Source: Squalus acanthias (lineage: Eukaryota). From it: a DNA stretch of 64,000 bases. This document shows, piece by piece, positions 1 through 12,068 of the stretch. The notes below the pieces were generated by a model, which saw nothing but the letters and a program-made list of their open reading frames with translations, made no database searches and was not told the DNA's origin. How positions within the stretch are numbered: the stretch's first letter is position 1; each line of letters starts with the position of its first letter. Where the stretch lies: assembly GCA_030390025.1 (NCBI GenBank), contig CM059425.1, positions 165,356,001 through 165,420,000 of the forward strand, written 5' to 3'. Position numbers and translations under genes: made by a program.

Positions 1-194
1 ACAGATAAAGTGTCATACGCTGACGTCATCTGTCACTGGCTTTCCCTTAATTGGCCTGTAAGCCCGCAGGACGGCTTAACAAGGCCAATCAAGGGAAAAT
101 AGCGTGGGTTGGTCAGACGTCGCTGGGGGTGGGACTGAAACCCGGAAACCAGAAGTCCCGCCTCCAGCACATCTCCATTGAGAAAATCCAGCCC
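1..194 (-). mobile_element. Terminal part of a Harbinger-type MITE (same family as 16494-17328), cut by the window edge
   Basis: Ends in AAAATCCAGCCC (TIR GGGCTGGATTTT on minus strand); reverse complement aligns with about 16494-16690. Confidence 0.8.
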
Positions 195-1339
195 AAAGAA
201 GTAAAACTAGCTTATGTTATGATGTTAGACCATAGGCTTTTGCTGCTGATCAGCAACTTTTGTTCTCCTATGCAATGCTCCTGCAATTTTTATTTTAAGG
301 CTTACATCCATGTGGTTTTGTAAAGATCAGAGTTCCAACTTGCCTCACATTGGAACGGTGAGATTTGTTAGTTCTCCATGGGGTTGTAATTGGAGGCCTT
401 GTTCAAAGGAAGCCAGCAGTCCAGTTCACAGATTCATGTCTCCAAGCAGTTACAAGGATTTTTAAATAAAATGGACCTGTGAACACCTGCATTTCAGTTC
501 ACACTGTTGAAGCAAATCTTAATCTGAAATGAGAAATATTGTTAAGCTAATAACGTCTTAAAATTTATTGTTGCCAAACTATAACAGTCAGCATAAAGGG
601 GTTTAATTTGTTCTGAGCACATGTGCTAAGTGTGTATTGAGGTTTAGTTATTTTATAGATTAGTGTTCGTGGAGCAGACTCCTAATTTTCCTCTTAGGAG
701 TCATGCACGTTAACACACTGATTCAGTGCTAACATATTTTTTACTTGTTAAGCAGCAATTAACATAGAACACGCAAATTTACACAGGAGCTACTTAATTC
801 ACACACAGTATTAATTCTGCACAATTAAAGCTGGCATAAAATCAACCAGAGGGAGCAAGCAGTGTTGGAAAAGTGATTAGAGCAGGAGACAGCTTACCGA
901 ATTAGTCAAAAAGAAGTCTTTTGGTAAACACGGTAGCATTGATGCAGCAACAAGGATTTGCTTGCTAGACACTTTGGAGGAGGAAGAGCAGAAGAGGAGG
1001 AAAAGTTGGCTTGGGAGGTCTTAAGTAACAGGAGATGGATGTTTTGGACTCGTTTCTACCTGAGGCCTTGAAATTCTGGTAGATTGTTAGGGCACAAACC
1101 TTTCTAAACTATTTGGGAAAGTTGGTATTAGAGCAGAGAGAGGATTTGCCAGTTTAATGCCCACATTAAGTTCCATCCTAAATGTTATTGGAAGTGAGGG
1201 AAGGTGTAAGCTGAGCTCTATAGCAAGAGTACAGACATGGAAATCATTACTTTAGGTCAGAATGACATCATCCGTCCTATTTCCATCATTTCTCCCCAGG
1301 ATCTACCAATCTAAGATATGCCATTATAAAATGGACTTG

Positions 1340-1890
1340 ATGATTTTAATGTTCTCCTGGCCAGCACCCCATCCTCCACCCTCCAAAAACTTCAGCTCAT
1401 CCAAATCTCAGTAGCCCGTATCCTATCCCACACCAAGTCCTGCTCATCTAATGCACTTTTCTTGGCTGAACTGCACTGGCTGCCAATTCCCTTACGCCTC
1501 AAATTTAAAATTCTCAGCCCTGTGCTTAAATCCCTCCATGAACTTGCCCCTCCCTATCTTTGTAACTTCCTTCAAGCCTGCAGACTTGTGCCCCCCACCT
1601 CCTCCCGAACTCTACATTCCTCTGACTCTGGCCTCTTGTTCATCCTTTCTCCCTTCACCCCACTATTGGTGACCATGCCTGCAGTTGCCTAGATCACAAT
1701 CTCTGGAATTCCCTCCCGAAACTCCTCTGTTTCTGCACTTCCCTCTCTTCTTTTAAGATCCTTTTTCACCAAGCGATTTGTCATCATTCCTAATTTCTCC
1801 TTCATTGACTTGGCAATTCATTTTTGTTACACCTCTACGAAGCACCTTGGGACATTTTTCTACATTAAAGGAATTATATAAATGTAAAAT
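1340..1890 (+). mobile_element. Decayed L2-clade LINE 3' fragment
   Basis: LAELHWLPIPLRLKFKIL...LAPPYL motif typical of the L2 ORF2 C-terminus; homologous to the L2 at 39310-40766. Confidence 0.8.
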
Positions 1891-2344
1891 GTTTTTGTAT
1901 TAACTCAGAATAGCCTCTGAAGAAGTCTGATGCTAAAATCTTAGGTGAATTTCTGTGCTTCATTGTGTCATTACTTTACCATGAGGTGGTCTTCTTGGAA
2001 AAAGTTTTGCCCTTTATTTTTGAGGCTCCTATCTTCATTTCAATACTCCCACAAGATTGTTTCTTGCTTGGGGAATTTTCCCAAAATGTATTTTCCCATA
2101 AGGATTCTCCTCTTTTTGATTTATTTGTTGGAATAATATTTTTAGCATTTACATGTCCATTATGATGGTTAATAGATGGTTCAGCACCATTATTGCAGGT
2201 ACTTTCTGATTGGCTTCTCAATTGTGCATTAGCTGTAATGATTCCGACCTGCAAGAAAGCGCATTGAGTAAACTAGTATGTAAAAAAAATGAATAGTTAT
2301 TTAACACAATCACTGCACTAGGTGCAAATTAAATTTCATAGATT

Positions 2345-4445
2345 GTTTACACCCAAGTCCAAGTCATTAATATATATCAAGAAAAGCAGTGGTCCTAGAA
2401 CTGACCCCTGGGGAACACCAGTGTATACCTTCCTCCAGTCCGAAAAACTACCGTTCACCACTACTCTCTGTTTCCTGTCACTTAGCCAATTTCGTATCCA
2501 TGCTGCCACTGTCCCTTTTATTCCATGGGCTTCAACTTTGCTGGCAAGCCTATTATGTGGCACTTTATCAAACGCCTTTTGGAAGTCCATGTAAACCACA
2601 TCAACCACATTGCCCTCATCAACCCTCTCTGTTACCTCATCAAAAAATGCAATCAAGTTAGTTAAACACGATTTGCCTTTAACAAATCAGTGTTGACTTT
2701 CCTTAATTAATCCACACTTGTCCAAGTGACTGTTAATTTTGGCCTGGATTATCGTTTTTAAAAGCTTCCCCACTACCGAGGTTAAACTGACTGGCCTGTA
2801 GTTGCTGGGTTTATCCTTACACCCTTTTTTGAACAAGGGTGTAACATTTGCAATTCTCCAGTCTTCTAGCACCACCCCTGTATCTAAGGAGGATTGGAAG
2901 ATTATGGCCAGTACCTCCACAATTTCCACCTTTATTTCCCTCAGCATCCTAGGATGCATCCCATCTGGTCCTGGTAACTTATCTACTTTAAGTCTTTCTA
3001 ATACTCCCTCTTTATCAATTTTTATCCCATCCAGTAACTCAACTACCTCCTCTTTCACTATGACTTTGGCAGCATCTTCTTCCTTGGTAAAGAAAGATAC
3101 AAAGTACTCATTTAGTACCTCAGCCATGCCCTCTGCCTCCATGTGTAGGTCTCCTTTTTGGTCCCTAATTGGCCCCACCTCTCCTCTTACCCGTTTACTA
3201 TTTATATGCCTATAGAAGACTTTTGGATTCTACTTTATTTTGGCTGCCAATCTATTTTCATACTCTCTCTTTGCCCCTCTTATTTGCTTTTTCACTTCCT
3301 CTCTGAAATTCTATATTCAGCCTGGTTCTCACTTATATTCTCAACCTGACATCTGTCATACACCCTCTTTTTCTGCTTCATCTTACTCTCTATCTCTTTC
3401 ATCATCCAGGGAGCTCTGGCTTTGGTTGCCCTACCTTTCTCCCTCGTGGGAATGTACCTCGACTGTACCCGAACCATCTCTTCAAAGGCAGCTCATTGTT
3501 TGGTTATAGTTTTGCCTGCCAATCTTTGATTCCAATTTACCCAGGCTAGATCCATTCTCAGCCCACTGAAATTTGCCTTCCTCCAATTAAGTTTTTTTTA
3601 CTCTAGATTGCTCCCTATCCTTTTACATAGCTAATCTAAACCTTATGATACTATGATCACCATTCCCTAAATGTTCCCCTACTGACACTTGCTCCACTTG
3701 ACCCACCTCATTTCCCAGAACCAGGTCCAGCAATGCCTCCTTCCTCATTGGACCAGAAACGTACTGATCAAGAAAGTTCTCCTGAACGCACTTCAGAAAT
3801 TCTTCCCCCTCTCTGCCCTTCACACTATTAATATCCCAGTCTATATTAGGATAGATGAAGTCCCTCATTATCACTACTCTATAATTCTTGCACCTCTCTG
3901 TAATTTCTCTGAAAATTTGCTCCTCTATATCCTTCCCACTAGTTGGTGACCTATAGAATACACCGCTACCATTTCTTAACTCTAACCAAATAGATTCTGT
4001 CCTTGACCCCACCAGGACATCCTCTCTCTCCAGCACGGTAATATTCTCCTTAATCAATACTGTCACACCACCTCCTTTCTTTCCTTCCCTATCTTTCCTG
4101 AACACCTTATATCCAGGAATATTTAGTACCCAATCCTGCCCTTTTTTGAGCCAGGTCTCCATTATCGCCACAACATCATATTCCCATGTGGCTATTTGCG
4201 TCTGCAGCTCACCAACCTTGTTTACTACGCTTCGTGCATTTACACATATGCACTGTAAACCTGTCTTAGACCTTCTTGCATTCTCTCTTAGTCGGACCCC
4301 ACCTAATACCGTACTATTTCTTACTCTAGTGCTATCTGTCCCTCCCAATCCTTTGTGCACCTTGTTTCTGCTTTCTAATGCTACATCCTGGTGCCCATCC
4401 CCCTGCCAAATTAGTTTAAATCCTCCCCAACAGCACTAGCGAACC
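2345..4445 (-). mobile_element. CR1 LINE fragment (end of ORF1, APE endonuclease, N-terminal RT), frameshifted
   Basis: ORFs 3623-4360 (NARSV, ETWL, RKDR, LDLVL, DHS), 2687-3178 (GPDG, NYRPVSLTS), 2336-2656 ([26 protein letters not shown]). Confidence 0.93.
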
Positions 4446-4927
4446 CCCCCCCCCCCCCGCGAGGTTATTATCGTTTGAATTATCGTTTGAATTCTCTGAA
4501 ATTTAAGCTTAACTTTTTGTTTATATCAATCTAACCATTTCCCAAATATAACTAATTTAGATGAGAACTTACAGTTCTTATCAATCTCCATTACAGACAT
4601 AGTGGTACACAAACCGATGGGCAGGGCATTACTAGCGGGGAGTCCTTTCTGGCCTTACTTCAAAGGTAACTACACTATATCAAGCTGGAAATGCTATCTA
4701 TTGTGCACCTAACCTGGTATTGTCCTCTTAAATTATGCAAATTATGCATGAATAATGTTGGCATTGGGTCCTATAGTTGATATTCTTTGTAATATGTAGC
4801 TTTCTTTTTCAGATACATGGAAGCCCACTTATATAAAATTTTGATGCGTGTATACCCCGTTGTGAACAGATTTCCCCATGTCCCAGTTCCTTGACAGCAA
4901 TGTGTCACCAGCTTTCTAACATGCAGC

Positions 4928-5148
4928 AAATGCTGGAGATACTCAGCAGGTCAGGCAGCATCTGTGCAGAGAGAAACATAGTTAACGTTTCAGGTCGATG
5001 ACCCTTCGTCAGAACAGTTCTGATAAAAGGTCATCGACCTGAAACGTTTACTCTGTTTTTCTCTCCACAGATGTTGCCTGACCTGCTGAGAATTTCCAGC
5101 ATTTTCTGTTTTTATTTCTGATTTCTAGCATCCCCAGTATTTTGCTTT
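4928..5148. mobile_element. Fold-back (88-bp arms) Penelope-like terminal-repeat derivative with hammerhead ribozyme-like cores
   Basis: 4928-5104 is an imperfect palindrome centred on 5016; minus strand reads CTGACGA-AGGGTC-ATC-GACCT-GAAA-CGTT; the same unit occurs at 33438-33571 and 40953-41920. Confidence 0.7.
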
Positions 5149-5235
5149 AGTTTTTTCTTATATGCTGGTCTGGTTAAATCAAATTTAATTCATTTAATTT
5201 AATTCATTTTAATTTCCCCAAAAATCTATTTGAAG

Positions 5236-5410
5236 CTAGGTCAATTGAAAATTTCAAAACTGAGATTGACAGATTTTTGTTTAGACTCGGGTATGAAGGA
5301 TTACGAAACCAAGGCGAGTAGATAGAGTTAAGATAAAGGTCAGCCACGATCTAATTGAATGGCAGAACTGGCTCGAGGGGCTGAATCTTTCTATGTTTTT
5401 ATGTATGTTT
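5236..5410 (+). mobile_element. CR1 3' end fragment
   Basis: Matches the 3' end of the CR1 at about 56180-56365; short microsatellite-like tail. Confidence 0.75.
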
Positions 5411-6726
5411 AGTCCATTCTGATCGATCATGTGCAATGTATCATCGCTGTAATATGAACGTTTCACTGTGCTTCCAATGTGAATTCTGTCCACCTCAATT
5501 GTGTGTGATCCCAGCATATAAAAATTCTTGAATATCCAGCAAAGGGGACATGAGACCAAAGGCTACGGGGACACCAAGATAAATGTTTGGCAGTTTTTTA
5601 CATGTAATTAAAGTATCAATAAAGATGGTTGTTTGTTGGTTTTTATGATTTCCCTGAAACTGTTTCTTATAAAAATAACTTTAAGCTGCTTTTCCAGTTA
5701 CTTTTAACACTATTAAGTCCTTTAATTAAGCAGAACAAAAATATGCACAGAAATTACTGCAGCACAGTCTGCAAAATAAACTATTAATGTTAACACTACA
5801 TAATTACCATCTTCAAAACACTTTCATTAATCTAAAACATGCCAGGCGTATGCGATAAACTGATATATCAAAGTGATCTTTGCAATGCCTGAACTATTCT
5901 GTGCAGTGACAAGGGGGAGTATGAGGCCCAGCTCGTATATGCCACATTTGTCTTAAAGAACTCTGGGGAAAACTACAGTAAATACAACTATCGTTGCAGC
6001 TGAGCAAAACTGCTTAAGACAACAATGGCATTTACTTCTACTTACATGCAGTGAAATGGAAATCAGACAACAAAATGACAGGTGAATGCATAATGAAGAA
6101 AAATATGAATATTTAAAAGCACCTGAACCTGAGGATGATAAACATTGAGCACCTAGCCAATTTTGTCTTCATCAGTGAATACATTAACATCCAGAGCCAC
6201 AATTATAGGGATTATTGTTGAAAACTGCACATCTGTTCTGTGCATGCAGTTGATAAAATGTACTTAAATTATGTTGTCATTTTATAAACTCATTGGGGGA
6301 AAATTTTGGTTGCTTAGCGCCTCCCGTTAGTGCCCTAAGAGGGCGTAATGCAACTAGTGCCCGGACGTGGCGATGTTTGCGCCACTCGCGAAATTGACCA
6401 GAGTTTTTGTGGCGGCACTAAACTCTACCGCCACGATCTCCTGCACCCGCAGATCATGACGTCAGTCGAGCGTGCAACGCCCCGGTGGCGCCCCGGACCG
6501 GATATTGAGTGGCGCCCCCTTCCTTTCCACCTGCCGCAATCAACGACAGGGAGACTGGAATGTTTTCCAGTCGGTAAGGGGCTGGGGGAGCGCTATTTAA
6601 AGGCGGCCTCTTCCTACCTTTTTTTGTGGGAGACATTTTTGCACCACTCATTCTGACAGAGAGAGAGAGATTCTGAGAGAGAGAGAGACAGGCTTCTGCA
6701 GAGAGTCAACACTGTGTGAAGTAGTT

Positions 6727-7826
6727 TTGGCTACTGAGCATCACTTTTCAGGTTCTTTTGGATTTGGCCTTCAATACTTCGATTGTCAAGAGACTGTGGG
6801 GGCTGCACTGATTCGGGGCGTTGTCCTGCGCCTGCAGAATCGGAGGCATCAGATATGCAGAGAGAGAGTGGCAATCATAGCCAGAGGGAGGAGGGCCAAC
6901 AGGCCTGTGCACAGGAGACCTTACCTTCCCATAGTATTCCGGGAACAATTCTCCTACATTCATTTGTCTGAGGAGCAGTGTTTGCGCAGGCTGCGCTTCA
7001 GCAAGGAGGTGGTCACTGAGCTCTGCCACCTGCTGCAGCCAGATCTGCAGCCTCAACTGAGGACCAGGACATCTCTGTCGGTGGCAGTAAAGGTCACAGT
7101 GGCTCTGAATTTTTATACCACCGGCTCCTTTCAAGCAGCTACTGGGGACATAATCAATATCTCCCAGTTTGTGGTCCATTGCTGTATCCGGGAGGTGACA
7201 AATGCCCTCTATAAAAGGAGACACCAGTGCATCTCTTTCCCGATGACCCGGGCCAAACAGCATGAACGCGTATTGGGCTTTGCAAGGATAGCGGGCATTC
7301 CCATGGTGCAGGGCGCCATTGACTGCACGCATGTGGCATTGCGGGCACCGCATCAGAATGCAGAGGTTTTCCAAAACCGCAAGGGCTACCACTCCTTAAA
7401 CGTGCAGTTGGTCTGTGACCACAGACAGCTGATACTCGCTGTCAATGCCTGCTATCCTGGCAGCAGCCACGATGCTTTCATCCTGTGCCAGACTGGTGTG
7501 CCAGAGCTTTTCCAGGTACCGCATCAGCCAAGTGGATGGCTCCTCGGGGACAAAGGTTATTCACTCTGCACCTGGCTGATGACACCGCTCCGTAATCCCA
7601 ACACCCCTAATGAGCTGCGGTACAATGAGCGCCATCTCGCCACCAGGAACATCATTGAGCAGACGATCGGCATGCTCAAGCAACGGTTCCACTGTCTGGA
7701 CCACTCAGGAGGAGCCCTGCAGTACTCGCCTGAGCGAGTCTCCCTCTTCATAGTTGTTTGCTGCATTCTCCATAACCTTGTAATCCTCAGGACCCAGCCA
7801 ATGCCACCAGGCCTTGGAGCACCACC

Positions 7827-7867
<41 letters not shown>

Positions 7868-7959
7868 ATGATCAGCAGCAGCACCAAGGCGGGAGGGAGG
7901 CCCACAATGTTGAAACTGCAAGGGCCGTCCGTCAAAGACTGATAACAAGCCGCTTCTAG
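6727..7959 (+). CDS. Harbinger (HARBI1-like, DDE_Tnp_4) transposase; frame open, probable original start at 6796 now GTG
   Basis: 410 uninterrupted codons; GAIDCTHV, NRKGYHSLNVQLVCD, PGSSHDA, GDKGY, IIEQTIGMLKQRF and CCILHN motifs; poly-Glu tail; related copies start MGA/MGV where this one reads VGA. Confidence 0.9.
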
Positions 7960-8271
7960 GCCCCTACTCAGAAAATGGCTTCTGGCATGGAGAACAACAT
8001 GATGGATAGCAACCTGCAACCCCTATAGCTGGCCAAGGCAGCAACGATTCCAAAGGCCAAACATGTAAATTTTGAATACAACAACTTTTTTATTTTACAA
8101 ACTCTGTTTGTGTCATTTATTCATGACAAACTAATAGAAACAAACACAAAAAATCATTAATTAACAGAACTGGTTCTCACAACCTGGAGATAATGGCCAA
8201 AACACTAAACAAAAGTTTGAACACGAACCTCGGCCTTTAATAAAAACATTCCCAACTTTTCTTGAGACCTC

Positions 8272-10051
8272 CTACTTTTTGCCCTTCAAGGGTGATCTCC
8301 ATCCCATGCCCACATGCCCCCTTCCCACCCTACTGCTCCTCCGTAATGGGGCCCCAGTGGCTGCAGCAAGGCTGGTGGAAGGCTGCTGAATGTCAGATGC
8401 TGAGACTACAGATGCCCTTGAAGGACGCCCTCGACCAGCTCTGGGCCTGGAGGGCCTGACTGCAGACTGCACCAATTCTGCATGGGCGGCAGCAGTCTGG
8501 GCTACAGGCGGTGGCAAGTGCAATGGGGAAGTGACAGTGGTGGGAGCAGGAATGCTGTCATCTTGAGAGAGGACAGCACCTCCCTGCTCGACCGACACAC
8601 TGCCACTCCCACGGGACAGCACCTCAGAATCCGGAGCAATCTACTGGAGCACAGATTGCTGGCCTGCTGTGGCGCCGTGAGAGCCCCGGGGCAATGTGTC
8701 CGAACCAGCGACAATGGCAGCAGTCAGTGCTTGCGTTACCTCAATCTGAGACTGCACGAGAGCAGTGTGAGATTGGATCACGGCAGCCAGTGACTGAATT
8801 GCAGCACTAAGCAGTTGCGTGACGTCCGCCTGTGCTGCAGTGGAGTGCTCCACACTCCTTGCCAGTGTATCAATGCATTCAGGCACCCTTCCCATTGCAC
8901 CCATGAGCTCAGTGTGCATGTCCACCACCTGGGTGTTCATTTCCGCGATGAGCTGCTCCTCCTCTGCGTCCAGTGCAGCAGGACTCGCTGGCCTACTCTC
9001 CCTCCGGGGAGAAGGCCCCCGAGCTTCCCTGCCCCCGAGCTTCCCTACCCCCATCGCGTTGCTGCAGCCCGCTGGGTCCCGGAGCTTCACCCTCATCAGA
9101 CCCTCCCCCCCTGCTCCCCTCCAGGGAAGACGTGGTCCCAGTGTGGGCGTGGGCTCCCTCGGGAGACGCTGGCACTGAGGCTCTGGCTTCCTCTTCCTCC
9201 TCGCCTGTGGCTTCGCTCCCACTGGCTGCCTGAGGGCCCGTCTCCTCAGCTGGTGAATCACCATCTGAAAGCAGGGAGGTACAAGAGTGGCTTTAGCGTC
9301 AGGACAGGGGGGCAGTAAGGGAGCAAGGACTGGAGCGATTTAGTAAGTTGGATTGAAAGTGTAAAAGGCTGGTGTTGTGAGGGACAAGTGGAATCAGAGA
9401 GGAGAGAAAGCTGAAGACCTTACCGTTGCTGTCCCAAACGGGGTCGACCTCTCCAGCAGCGACGGGACCGATCACCTGGCGTGCCACAATCCTGTGGATG
9501 CGCGCCTCAAGATTGCTGAGGGGTTGCAGCTGAGGCGGCCCTCCACCCATGCGTTGCTGCTGTCTCCTATTATGAGATAGCTTGGCTTACAAGAAAAAGG
9601 ATGGCGTCTGAGTAAATATGCAGCCATGGTCTTGCCTGATGTGCCTCCCATAGTTGAATAGCCCTTAATGTATGCAAGGTGTGAATGTGCATGTGTGTTT
9701 TATGAGAGGGCCATAGGTCTTGGATGAGTGTTGGGCATTGGAGTTTTAACACCCTCTGGCCATAGAATGAGTTTGAGATGGAGGGATGGAGAGGTATTGA
9801 AAAACAGCCACTCACCCTGACGATCCGAGTGAGGTCGTTGAACTTTTTGCGACATTGAGTATGGGTCCTGGGCACCATGCTCCTGGAGGAGACGTGATGA
9901 GCCACCTCCGTCCACACTCTTCTATAGTCGCGGGGCAATGGCCTCCTGCCACTCTCTGGGTACAGTATTGCTCTTCGGCGCTCCACTGCGTCAACCAGAG
10001 CCTCCAATCCCGGTCGCTGAAGCACTGAGCTCGTTCCCTGACCCTCTCCAT
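8272..10051 (-). pseudogene. Harbinger Myb/SANT-like DNA-binding gene, 3 exons (10051-9816, about 9586-9424, 9264-8272), disabled
   Basis: LVDAVERRRAILYP...W.EVA...QCRKKFNDL Myb/SANT-like motif; donors GTGAG (9815) and GTAAG (9423); acceptor TTTCAG before 9264; frameshifts in exons 1 and 3, stop at 8641, exon 2 acceptor appears mutated. Confidence 0.85.
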
Positions 10052-10438
10052 AGTCCTTTACTGAAGATTTCATGCACAGGTCTGTCCAGGCCGAGATTCA
10101 AGACTGCAATGAGCAGGGTGTGGCTGGAGAGCAAGATCGACCCTTCCCTTTAAGAATTGGCCGGTGCCACTGTGTCTGTGTTCCATTGCTAACTGACATC
10201 ACCTGAGCTTCGCCCGCGCTCTGAGGTAGCGCCTCGCTCGTCAGCCTTTGCGCCTTAAGACAGGTGTGTAGCGCCTGATTTAGCGCTCCCATCACCTCCA
10301 GGGGCGATAGAAGCCAAGTTTGCAGTCGGAGGCGATAATTAGCACCAGGCGCAAAACTTTGCGCCCGGCCGATAATTGCACCCCAAACGGGGCGATACCG
10401 ATTTTCTCCCCCATTTAGTCCTGATAACATTTATCATT

Positions 10439-11202
10439 GGCCCAGAAATTCGCCTGTCCGGCTTGCCGCGGGGGTAAGGATCGCGCCCGCTCTTACCTAC
10501 CGCGCCTGCCGTTGTGTTTTGAGCCCACGGGAACTTCGGGTCCTGGGCCTCTCCCTAGTGCCGGCGCGCAGTGCTTGCGTGTTCCAGGGGCGCAGTTAGT
10601 GCGATGCGTCCCCTGGGATCACGTGGGCCATGGAGAGCCAATGGCAGCAGACCATCTTTCATTCATAGATTTGACAGGAGACCTGTCAAATTTGTGAATT
10701 GAAATCGGCCCCAAAAGAACAGCTAAACTTAAAATAAATTTTTAAAAAAACCATCACATTTATAAAATAACTATAGTTAAATAAATTAACCACTTTAAAC
10801 AAAAATTTAAATTTTTGAAAAAATTAAAATACTTTTTAAAAGTTATAAAAATAAACTTACCTTTCTTTAAAGTATCTAAAAAAGATAAACCTGTTGAAAA
10901 TGTTTTTAAATTATACTTAATTAACCACTTACCTTGTTCAAAACGGGTCTTGCGCTTCCTTTTCATTAGCGTAGTATCTTCCATACTTACCCTCGCGTAG
11001 AAACCTGAAAAAAAATCTAAGTTTGCTGCGTGCGCACAGCCTCTACCGCACACGCGGTTCACCTAGGAACCGCCCCCTTCACCATACCGGAAGTTCCGGT
11101 TTCCCGCACATGCGCAGTGCATGCAGGAAACCGGCAATTCAGGAAGCAATACAGGTGAGTACGGACTGTGTACTCACCCGGGAAGGGCCGAATTTTTGGG
11201 CC
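10439..11202. mobile_element. Harbinger-type MITE (764 bp)
   Basis: TIRs GGCCCAGAAATTCG / CGAATTTTTGGGCC, TSD ATT, AT-rich core. Confidence 0.88.
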
Positions 11203-11460
11203 ATTATTTTCCATAAATTTCTCTGTGTACTTCAATGAAATTATACCAGAAAGTTTTGAACCCCATCTAAATGAAAAGAATTGGACTTTAATGAGTATTT
11301 TATTTTTTGCATTCCTGCATTGTACTGTATGTTAGTGGATTCAGATTGGCAATATATTCATGGAATAAAAGTTAATGTTTAGCCCATCAATATAAACTGC
11401 CATAAACAAAAATACTTAGTGCTTTACTTACACAGTCTGACAAGCAGGACTGGATACATT

Positions 11461-12007
11461 GGCCTGGATTTTGTGGTCGGTGGCATACCTACAAATAGAA
11501 TGCCAACTTACCTGATGGGGACCCTCCTTCGCGAAGCTGCTGTTTGACGCTGCGTACTGGAGGGCAGCGTAATGGCCCACGGATCCCGGGGGTGCAGCGT
11601 GTGCAGAAGCGTACGTGGGATCACGTGGGGCTGGTGCTCCAATCAGGAAACAGAAGGTCTCTCATTCATTTAAACTCTCATTACAAGAGCCTTCCGGGAT
11701 TTAAGTGTGCATAAACATCTATACAATACATTTTTGCAACATATGCACTTTGTGTATGTTTAATTAATGAAGCTGAGTTATGAATGGGGATGGCAATTTA
11801 CGGATCTATTCAAACACCTCAAACGGTACACTCGGATCGCAGAAAATTAAACAGTCCGACTGCTGAGAATATACGCTTCAGCAAAGAAGTGCATCGATTG
11901 CGGACCGCTGCTCTGACGGTCTGTAGTCTCACTGATGGCCCTGGCCGCCTCTTATTTAATAATGGCCCCTTTGCATTAGCCACAGACTTCTGTACAAAAT
12001 CTCGGAC
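11461..12007. mobile_element. Harbinger-type MITE (547 bp)
   Basis: Imperfect TIRs GGCCTGGATTTTGT / ACAAAATCTCGGAC, flanked by ATT on both sides. Confidence 0.65.
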
Positions 12008-12068
12008 ATTTTATGGAAAGCAATAGGGGATAAAATATAATAGCACTGCTGCAAATGACTGATATACA

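Larger units (their letters stand above)
6295..10412 (+). mobile_element. Full-length (4118 bp) two-gene PIF/Harbinger DNA transposon
   Basis: Imperfect TIRs GGGGGAAAATTTTGGT / ACCGATTTTCTCCCCC, 3-bp TSD ATT (6292-6294, 10413-10415), convergent transposase and Myb-like genes, GC-rich subterminal regions. Confidence 0.95.

Noticed and set aside
6727..7959. Host HARBI1 gene
   Set aside because: It lies between TIRs with a TSD and beside a Myb partner, with related copies nearby, so it is a transposon gene rather than the domesticated locus.
6748..9318. Antisense and alternative-frame ORFs over the Harbinger genes (and over the LINEs elsewhere)
   Set aside because: Shadows of GC-rich coding sequence with no independent motifs.
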